Positions 38,352-47,790 of a stretch of 64,000 bases of DNA are shown one piece after another (positions within the stretch are counted from its first letter, which is position 1; each line of letters starts with the position of its first letter). The position numbers were made by a program, and so were the translations under genes. The DNA is from Antedon mediterranea (taxonomy: Eukaryota > Animalia > Echinodermata), in contig NC_092680.1 of NCBI RefSeq assembly GCF_964355755.1, positions 21,027,045 through 21,091,044 of the forward strand, written 5' to 3'. The notes beneath the pieces are model-generated. The model saw only the letters and a list, made by a program, of their open reading frames with translations. It had not been told where the DNA came from and ran no database searches.

Positions 38352-38969
38352 GATACTTAATACTTACTAATACTTACTGATGTTATGTAAATTACCAGAC
38401 ATGATCAAGAAAATGCCATACTGTATTAAACAATAATTTCTTAGGAGTAATAATACGATATAATAATACGATATCCCTGATAATAAAAATTATGAAATTA
38501 AAGGTTACAATAAAGATGTATTGTCCCCCAAAAACTATAAATAAATCTTTGAAAGGTTATTTTGTAGTGTTAATAGAGCTATTCACTTTCGTAGAAAAAA
38601 ATCAAGAAAAATAATGTTTTCACTTATAAAATAACATAATAGGCCTAAATGGTTAATTTCAACCACAATTCCTTTGGCTGGCAGCTTATTTGACTATTAT
38701 TACAGTTTTTTCAGGTAAATCAATTTTTGTTCGATCCAATTATTGGTCAAAGTGGATAACTAATATGGGAAATTAAAATGGTATATTCAACCAAAAAAAA
38801 TTGTAAGAATTATTTTTTCAGGGGGACAATACATCTTTAACAATTCCAGGATGTTCATCAACATCCGGGTTTAGCAACAAGGTTTTTATTATATATATTT
38901 TTTTCAAATTGAAGTTACTGTATGCTGAAGGTTCATGTAAAGAAAAAAAATATATATATATATATATAT

Positions 38970-39130
38970 ACTGATGAAGGGCTAGTGTTGCCCGAAAGCT
39001 CTGCTAACTTTTCTGGCTGTTTACTTTATCGTTTTGATTTAGCCTTTTGCTTTTTATTTTTGTATCTCCATTGAGATCCAGCCACTGATACCCACAGCAT
39101 TGTCATTTTTTTCAGTAATTTGCCTTTGGA
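38970..39130 (+). mobile_element. Second Penelope-like hammerhead-containing fragment in (TA)n
   Basis: Near-identical to 22421-22580. Confidence 0.65.
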
Positions 39131-40454
39131 TTTATACATATACATGTATATATATTTAAACAGAATACATTGCAGGATAGTACTTAAAACTTAGGCCTAC
39201 GTTGCATAGTAGTGCTTGTTTTCATATGTACTGTATCTAGAAATGTAACCACCGGCGTGCAAAATGGTGTCGACGATTGGCATTCACCGAGATGCACGCA
39301 ATTCGGTGATGCCAAAATGTATTTTAATCATTTATTAGACATTTACAAACAAATTTCAAATTCCAAATAAATACTAATTTCCTGTACCATACAGTATACT
39401 TTATATTAAAATGTTTACTGTGGTGTGCCCTGTATTAAAGATCATATAGAGTGTTATATATAGGTAACTTTATTCCAAAAAATGTAACCAAACCACGCAC
39501 TGTGGATTTACAAAATCTGATAAGTTCTTACATGCATGCATCTTACAACAACACAAAATATAAAATAACGTAAAAATAAAGATTCAAAATAACAAAAGCC
39601 ACTTATTTCTGTTGCTGGCAATCTCACGCAAACCGCAACCGTTTAATAAATATACATAATATCACTTGAAATCAATCATGGCTTACCTCTCGTTATTTGG
39701 AGTCAGTTTTATACTATTACTTGATATGTACAGTATTTGTAAAATCGTCACTATTCTCACATTCGTATGCCTAAATTAAAAAAAAAAACACCGGTATGCC
39801 AACAATATAACCTGGCGGCAGGGCATGGCATCATCAGGGCCTTGCAAGGGTGGGAAGATAACCTGCACCTGTGGTGGAATGAGACCGTCTCCTGAAAGTG
39901 TACCTCAATTGGAGAAGGCACCCATGTATATCCTATAGGCCTAGTTGTGGAAAATACAAGCCTCACGTGATCAGTCATAGCGCTGCAAATAATAGAAAAA
40001 TCGAGGCAAACGTCACATTTGCTAAAATAACATAGGTGGGGCAATTGGAAAAACGATTTATTAATCACGACTAGAGAGTACAGTAATTACCACATCACGA
40101 TAACCTACATTACAGAGTGGGACGACTTGGATGAGTATACTATTATTACTGTACTAGGCTACCGTAATTGTCTATGCATCCCTTCCCCCACTGTCGATAT
40201 GGATTATTATTCTTTGGGCTACTCGTAAAATGTAGCGATTTTTCAACGTTGTATGTTTGTGATATTTGGTGTGGCAACTGCGCATCAACATGAAAAAACA
40301 TTGATGTAGATTTTCCATTTAATTATAGGTGAGAAGCGAAAGCTATAATTGTCAGTTGATTCATTCTGTATACAGAGAAGTACAGTGTAATCTCGTATTA
40401 GCAACGTATTATTTGATTTGTATAAGGGTGTATGTTTCGCTTTGGGCCTACAAA

Positions 40455-41580
40455 ATGGCTACAGGAGGACAAGACGAAGTGATTTCATCATCACAGGACC
40501 TAGAAGAAAACGGATTTATTCAAATAAACAATAACTATCAGTGTTTGCATTGTAGGTTTACACTTACAGTTAAAAAAGGAAATATCAATATTAATTTCTT
40601 ACGATCGTTGCATAGTTTCGAATCTCCAAAGTGTGATTTTATTTCAAAAAAGAAAACAACACACATGGAAACGAAAACAATCCTAAGACCTCTTGCCAAA
40701 AATCCGATGTTGCGACTGAAAAAGTCAGTAAAACACGTCCACCTACACCACCTCCAAAACCTCAACATATTGCCGACAAATTCAAATCCAGGATGGAAAA
40801 AAGGTGTGAAGATTCCAGCCAACACTCGAAGCATCCAGTAATGCAGACAACATCTGACTCAAAATCGAATCCAGTATTGCAGACAAGATGCAACACAATT
40901 GGAAATGAACACAATCCTAAAACAGCTGACTCAAAGTCGAATGTTGCGATTGAAAAAGACCGTAATAAAACAGATGCCATGAAAATAAAAGGAACACGTC
41001 AACCAACACCACCTCCAAAACCTCCACATTTCCAAACACTAGAATCCGATATTACAACAACACGTCAAAGTAAATCCGAATATGAGCGACACTGTTATCA
41101 TCAAGTGAAGTTAAATAATATTAATTATGGTGTCGTAAACAATAACATTGCACTTGATAAAAATAGTTATGTTAAAGAAAGGTAGGTCTACAGCAGAATG
41201 CAGGGTATAGACATTCTAAACAAACATGGCTTAAAATGGAAGCAAGGGTAAATGCTCTCTCACAACAATTAGGAAGAATGACATTGGAACTGAACAAAAA
41301 AGACAAAATAATAGAAAATCTTCAAAATGATTTATTGAAGTTAAGACGATCGAGACGCCGTAACGTTAGAGGTAAAACTAGGGACACAAAAAACAAAGAC
41401 AGACCAAGTAAATTACAAAGAAAACAAAGCGTGTTACAGCTCGCTAAGATTAGTAACAAGAAATCGAAGGCTGTAAGAGAAAAGAAGAAATACAGAAGAA
41501 AAGTTGTTATGGCAAAAACAAATGCGTCTGATGAAGTTGATGTACTCAATGATGGGGAAACAGTACTATGGATATCATGA
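40455..41580 (+). pseudogene. Frameshifted, internally deleted BIR-ORF1p paralog
   Basis: MATGGQDEVISSSQDLEENGF...CLHC...LHSFESPKC, then PPPKP repeats, then LQNDLLKLRRSRRRNVR and REKKKYRRKVVMAK, all homologous to 42620-43990 and 45318-46937. Split over three frames by -1 shifts at ~40650 and ~41175. Confidence 0.75.
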
Positions 41581-42619
41581 ATAAACAAAACATCATGCTG
41601 CCTAACTCGGAAAAACCAGCATAACAATTCAAAGTAATGTACAATTCAATTAATCAAATAAACCGTACTGTCGGAATAACTATATTTTTACTAATACTAT
41701 TATTTTTAGTTTAGATTGTCAGACTCTGAAGCATTAGAAATGTAATGATAACAAAACCAGCCTAAAATAAACAACAATTTGGTTTATTCAATTGTTAAAC
41801 AACAATTTAGATTTTTTAAGGGGTGGCGGGAATGATTAATTTAGCATAATATTAGGTTTGATAACAATTGAATTGAACAAATGAATCTTAACATTAATTA
41901 TGAATGAAAATGTTGTTGGTGATGGGGCACTATGTAAATGCAGAACAATCTCTTTCAAGTTTTATGTACAGATCACTCCGTAAACAATAAAACATATTCC
42001 TGGTGTCACTGAGGGTTTCTGTTTAATTTTATTTTGTGTGAACGCTAAAACACAATAGTCGTAGAATACTATAATATTGATATAAGCGTCACGTGATTAT
42101 TCATAGCAAATCAGAGCGTCATAATCGATCACTTAGAACTAACAATAACGATTATTGATCAATATTCTGAAGGTTATTATTGCCACATCACAATACTCTA
42201 TATTACATCACGGTGATAGGTCCAACTTGGTAAGTAGGATTATTTTATTATTAATTCAGTTATATATATATATTCATTCAATATTCATCCCCCACCACCT
42301 ATATATTGTTAATGAAAAATCATTCAACTTAAAAGGCCTATGCTATACGTCCGGCTAGCTTGGGATTTCCAAAATCCGAACGCTTGGGTGAAGTCTAGAC
42401 ATCTCTGTCGTTTGCCAAATCAACGGTATCCAGATGGAAACATCATGTAGATATTTGATAGAAATTCTAGAATACATGCAGTTACCACTTGCCATTGGTC
42501 ACTAACAAATTTGTTTAGCAACGGGTTACACTCAAATGGCGTATGCATGTGGTAGTTTCACAGGACGTATATACAAACTCATTGTCCACTTTTTTTTACA
42601 ACTATAGGCATTAATCAAT

Positions 42620-43990
42620 ATGGCAACATCGGCAGATCTAGGTAAAGAAACAGTGATTTCACCACAGGAACTGGCAAGAATTGGATGTAGTCTCGATCTC
42701 AGAAACAATGAACTTCGATGTTTGCATTGTGATTTTACAGTCAAAAAAAGAAGTTTTCCAATTTATTTAAAGTTGCATAGGCACGGATCTCCAAACTGTG
42801 ATTTCAATATTGGAAACAACACAATTGCAAATGAACAACATCCCAGCACCTCTGACCTAACATTCCATTCCAGGATCTTGCCTAAGGACGAGAAATGTGT
42901 AACACCGCGTATAAACATGGAATCTACAAGTGCACGACCTCACAAATATCCAGTAGGCCTAATTCAGACAACAGCTCAATCAAATAATAACGAAGAATTA
43001 AGTATGAAAAGCACCAAAACAACAGCATTGGAATTGGAAACAGAAGATGACCGGATGGTTAGTTTTTCCGGTTGGCCACACAGAAAACCAAACAAATGGG
43101 AAGTTTCAATGGCAGGATTCTCTTTCCTGGGTGTTGGTGATAGGGTCAAATGTTTTTCATGCGGTTTTACAAAAGATTCATGGAAACCAACTGATGATCC
43201 TTTTTATGAACATGCAAAAACTGGAGAGTGTTCATGGCTTATAGAAAATAAGGAAAGGAGTTTAATTACAACATGTCAACGAAAGTACCAATTAGAGCAG
43301 CAGCAGAATTGTCTTCAAAAAGATATTAATAAAAACACTAACAGTTTGGGCAACAAAATAAACATTTCTGAATTGATGACTGCTAACAAGCTAGATTACA
43401 AAGATAACATAAATGCGGTTAAAAGCAAGGTACAGAATACTGAGTATGAACAGGCTAAACAAACTGATTCATCATTGCTTAAAATTGAGAAGAAAGTAGA
43501 GGCTCTTGCGCCACGAATAGAAATCATGGAACTTGAATTAAAAGAAAAAGATAAAACAATAACAGATCTGCAAAACGATTTACTGAAGTACGAGAGACGA
43601 TCAAGAAGTAGTAACTTGAGATTTGGAGGTGTAATCGAGGACAGAAACGAAAACACACTACATAAATTGCAAGGACTAATACGAAGTGTATTACACCTCG
43701 ACGACATTGAAATTGAGAAGGCGCAGAGAGTTGGTAAAAAGGTATCTGGAAATCCACGACACATTATTGCAACATTTAAGGATATACATCAGATGAATAC
43801 CGTTTTCAGAAAATCAAAATCTTTAAAAAGCGGTAGGTTTCACGTAATGGAAGATTTGGCACCAACAGACATGAGGGAAAAGCAGAGATTAAAAGATGTT
43901 ATGGATAAAGCATATGAGGCTGGATATCACCCTGAATTCCGCCGTGATGGTATACTATACATCAATGGCAAACCATACGATCCCGAGTAA
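42620..43990 (+). CDS. Chimeric BIR-BIR + LINE ORF1p (coiled coil-RRM-CTD; L1TD1/Transposase_22-like) protein, 456 aa
   Basis: Truncated BIR1 CLHC-x15-H-x6-C; BIR2 RMVSFSGWP...AGFSF.G.GD.VKCFSC-x16-H-x5-C; then heptads and the ORF1p motifs RSRSSNLRFGGVIE, IEKAQRVG...PRHIIATF, VMEDL and LYINGKPY. Confidence 0.85.
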   Translation: MATSADLGKETVISPQELARIGCSLDLRNNELRCLHCDFTVKKRSFPIYLKLHRHGSPNCDFNIGNNTIANEQHPSTSDLTFHSRILPKDEKCVTPRINMESTSARPHKYPVGLIQTTAQSNNNEELSMKSTKTTALELETEDDRMVSFSGWPHRKPNKWEVSMAGFSFLGVGDRVKCFSCGFTKDSWKPTDDPFYEHAKTGECSWLIENKERSLITTCQRKYQLEQQQNCLQKDINKNTNSLGNKINISELMTANKLDYKDNINAVKSKVQNTEYEQAKQTDSSLLKIEKKVEALAPRIEIMELELKEKDKTITDLQNDLLKYERRSRSSNLRFGGVIEDRNENTLHKLQGLIRSVLHLDDIEIEKAQRVGKKVSGNPRHIIATFKDIHQMNTVFRKSKSLKSGRFHVMEDLAPTDMREKQRLKDVMDKAYEAGYHPEFRRDGILYINGKPYDPE

Positions 43991-44254
43991 TTACAGCCTG
44001 TCATAACTATACTGTTAATTATTATACTGTTAATTTATTATAGGCCCACTTAGTATACAAATAATTTAGATTTATTATGTAAGCATATCCTTTGTTTTTA
44101 ATGTGAATATGTTTTTTTACAATTTGATTCTCTATTTGACTTTCCTTTAATTAAATGCATAATTCGTGTACCTTTTGGACAACTAGACGTAAACAGATAT
44201 AGGTTTAAATGTTAATACTTCAAATATTGTTGGTAAACTATTCGAACATAAACA

Positions 44255-44410
44255 AACCAGATGAATTCTGTATTAAAGGAAACACAGTTTTAGGTAATGG
44301 AGGATTAAGGACTTGGCACCAGCAGTAGTTAGAGGAACGTAGAAGACACATATTAGGGAGCTTCGATTATAACTGGATGGTATTCGAATTGAGCATGCGC
44401 ATAGGGTTAG
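44255..44410 (+). pseudogene. Scrambled relic of the ORF1p part of the chimeric genes
   Basis: ggatggtattcgaattgagcatgcgcatagggtt matches 46643-46676. gtaatggagga...ttggcaccagcag matches 43844-43869. Confidence 0.6.
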
Positions 44411-45317
44411 GTAGGCTACATTATTTACATTTATAACATTATATTATTTACAAACGCAACGGTAATTAATTGTGTAGTACCGGTGTGCTGGCGCCTTTTC
44501 TATGCATGATTAATACGTTTAAAATGTGTATGAAATCCACATAGGCCTACATTATAAACTTAATCAAGTACGAATGAATGTAACGTTTCCGTCGTATTTA
44601 TACTTTGTACACATGAGAAGCGTATGAACGGCATAACAGTGGTGGTACAAATATCTGATAATATAGACCCCGTATAGACCACTAATAAAACTAAAGGTTT
44701 CTATTCAAATAATCCTTTTGTTCAACAGTAGAAAATGTATTTGAAAAATGAACTCGTCATTCAACAATTTATTATTCAAGCACCGGATGGTTTTGTTGTC
44801 ACGTGTTTAATCGTACCAAATGCACAGGATAGAATATTAAAGGAAGACAATTTGGCGTAACATAGTGTAAATAATTGTCGCATTCTAATAACTGAATAAG
44901 CTACAGAATCTCAGAGATACAAATTGGTAAGTTTGTCATATAATCATTATCAATAACTTTCTATGGATCCTATTACGTCCTCTACGGGTGTTTTTCACTG
45001 AAAATCGATTATAACAAAAATACTATTCACTACAAGAATAGAAAAATGTTTCAATGTAAATTGGAATTTCCAAAATCCAGAGGCTTTATGACGTGTTGAG
45101 ATAGAGAGGCCCTAAATTTCCAAAGTGCATGAGGCATAATCGGAATTTTGCAAAACAACAGCATAAAAATAAAATATTGAAAGTAAATTTTGCATTTAAT
45201 TCTAGTTTCAACCGTCCCGTACACATTCTGAATAGGCCTACAGTACTTGGGTTTGTTCTAGCCTAATATTTGACAGTCAAGAAGAAAATACTTCCAGTTA
45301 CATAAATTGGGTGAAGT

Positions 45318-46937
45318 ATGGCAACATCCGCAGGCACAGTGATTTCACAGCAGGAACTGGCAAAAAATGGATTTACTCAGAGAAACAATGAACTTCATTG
45401 TTTGTATTGTAATTTTACAGTAAAAAAAGGAAAATTTTCAATTTATCGAATGTTGCATAAACACGAATCTCCAGACTGTGGTACACAAAGAGAGAACACA
45501 TTGAGAAATGAACAAACAACAAACACCAAACCAGGTACAATGAAAGTGAAAAAAACAGGTCCACCTATACCTCAGAAACCACAAAGATACAAACAGAATG
45601 TCCAAATTGACCAATCCCATCTCTTGCCTAAGACCGACATCAGTGTAAGGCTGGAAAACAAAAGCGAACGACCTCACTCAAGAAATGTTAGGCCTACAAT
45701 AATAAATACAAATCTTCCAATGTACTCAAAGCTGTATAGACATGAATCGTCTGATGAGAGTGGGAGGGCTATCATTTCAAACGCTAGAGCGAACAAGCTT
45801 ACTGAAAATGTACAAAAACCAAGCACATCCTATTCAAAATCAAATTATGGGACTAAAAAAGAGAGTACCGAAACCATGAATGTGAAACAAACAACTCCAT
45901 GCCCGTCTGCTGTACGTCCAAAACAACGCAAGAGAAACAAACAGAATGTCCAAATAATCCAATCACATCTCATCCCAAGACCGCGTGTTATGCTGGAAAA
46001 TACAAGCGAACGACCTCACAAATATCCAGTTGTAGGCCTAATTCAGACAGCAGCTAAATCAAATAATAACGATGACTTCAGTAAAAACAACGCATCGTAT
46101 GCACAGCGTGTACCTTCCAAAGCATTGGAATTTGAAGATGAACGGATGAGGAGTTTTTTACGTGGGCCACACAGAAAACCATGTCTTATAGAAAATAAGG
46201 AAAGGAGTTTTATTACAACCTGTGAGTTCCAATTGGAGCAGCAGCAGAGCTGTCTTCAAAAAGTGAAGTTAGATATTAACAAAAACAAAAATTGGGGCGA
46301 AAAAAGAAACATTTCTGAATTGATGACTTCTAACAAGCTAGATTACAAAGATAACATAAATGCGGTTAAAAGCAAGGTACAGAATACCGAGTATGAACAG
46401 TCTAAACAAATCGATTCGTCATGGCTTAAAATTGAGAAGAAAGTAGATCTTTCACCACAAATAGAAGACATGGCACTTCAATTGAAAGAAAAAGACCAAG
46501 CAATAACAGATCTGCAAAACGATTTATTGAAGTTAGAGAGACGGTCGAGAAGTCGTAACTTGAGATTTGGAGGTATAGGTGAAGACAGAAACGAAGACAC
46601 ACTAAGTAAATTACAAGGTCTAATACGAAGGGAATTGCGCCTCGATGGTATTAAAATTGACCATGCGCATAGGGTTGGTAAAAAGGTATCTGGAAGTCCA
46701 CGACACATTATTGCAACATTTAAGGACATACGTCAGATGAATACAGTTTTAACGAAAACAAAGGCTTTAAAATGCGACTGGTTTTACGCAAAGGAAGACT
46801 TGGCGCCAGCCGACCTGAGAGAAAAGCAAAAATATAAAAATATTATGGCTAAAGCATATGCGGCTGGACATCACCCTTCATTCCGTGATGGAGTATTATA
46901 CATTGATGGCAAACCCTACTTCGGAGATCTCGAGTAA
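45318..46937 (+). CDS. Second chimeric BIR + LINE ORF1p protein, 539 aa, with BIR2 deleted in frame
   Basis: CLYC-x15-H-x6-C BIR1-like start, an expanded linker, and an intact RSRSRNLRFGGIGE...IDHAHRVG...PRHIIATF...KEDL...LYIDGKPY module. Confidence 0.85.
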   Translation: MATSAGTVISQQELAKNGFTQRNNELHCLYCNFTVKKGKFSIYRMLHKHESPDCGTQRENTLRNEQTTNTKPGTMKVKKTGPPIPQKPQRYKQNVQIDQSHLLPKTDISVRLENKSERPHSRNVRPTIINTNLPMYSKLYRHESSDESGRAIISNARANKLTENVQKPSTSYSKSNYGTKKESTETMNVKQTTPCPSAVRPKQRKRNKQNVQIIQSHLIPRPRVMLENTSERPHKYPVVGLIQTAAKSNNNDDFSKNNASYAQRVPSKALEFEDERMRSFLRGPHRKPCLIENKERSFITTCEFQLEQQQSCLQKVKLDINKNKNWGEKRNISELMTSNKLDYKDNINAVKSKVQNTEYEQSKQIDSSWLKIEKKVDLSPQIEDMALQLKEKDQAITDLQNDLLKLERRSRSRNLRFGGIGEDRNEDTLSKLQGLIRRELRLDGIKIDHAHRVGKKVSGSPRHIIATFKDIRQMNTVLTKTKALKCDWFYAKEDLAPADLREKQKYKNIMAKAYAAGHHPSFRDGVLYIDGKPYFGDLE

Positions 46938-47530
46938 ACGTGGGTACCAAACGAAGATAGCAATTCTATTTTTGAATGTGACCTGATATCTTTATACAAG
47001 GAACATACCTTTTGGATAAGCAGTTTGCCTCACAATTTGTATTTTAACCCGAAAGTTTGGTGGTATCATACATGATTTATCTAATAAGAGATTTATTTCA
47101 AAGATTTGTAGCTGTAAATGTTAATGCTTTTATAAAATAAGAATACACACCAGAATGTCGTTTTAAAGTTGTAAAAACATAGACGAATAGATGAATATCG
47201 AAATAGCAATGCGTCTGTAAGCCTAAATCACTTTTGTTTTATAAGAGTAAGACTATGTTATAAAACAGAACAAGTTGTTCCCAATTTTAAAATCGTGGTA
47301 GAAATTGTACTTTCTTAGGTTGTGGCGGGTTTTTGTTGTTATGGGAACCAAGCTTAACGTAGTTTATTATTGGCAATGATGTAAATAAACAACTATTATA
47401 TATTATTTTCATACAATATTTCAAATCAGAAAAAGATAAGAACCAATGTTTAAAATAAATCAGTTTTTCAATTGTAGGAATACATGATAGCATAATATAA
47501 TATAGAAACAAATAACACAAAATAATAATA

Positions 47531-47790
47531 TCAGATAGGTGGTAGTCCCCCTGATACAGGGGCTATTGTGTGAAGCAGTTCACCGGGGTAACCCCCTACT
47601 CTTTTTCGAATAATGAACTGGGTTCTTTAAAGTACACACAGGCTATAACTGCGTACACTGGACCTACGGTTTATAGTCCTTATCCGAGAAGACTTGTTCC
47701 ACCACCAGAACCCTTGCCGATGTTGTTGTTGGCTCTTTAGGTACGGTAAACGGCGCCCCTGCCTTAACCGCTCGGCCATATGACTCGCGA
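47531..47790 (-). mobile_element. Nin/Deu-core tRNA SINE with a long flanking direct repeat
   Basis: Same core as 4838-5121, with A box TGGCCGAGCGG. taatataatatagaaacaaataacacaaaataataata flanks both sides. Confidence 0.75.

Noticed and set aside
42620-46937. Intact autonomous LINE elements
   Set aside because: No ORF2 (APE endonuclease/RT), poly-A tail or TSD after either ORF1-like region, and the 5' parts are IAP-like.
33863-46937. Endogenous virus carrying iap genes
   Set aside because: Uninterrupted IAP ORFs suggested it, but there are no viral core genes, gene density is low, and 5'UTR introns are probable.
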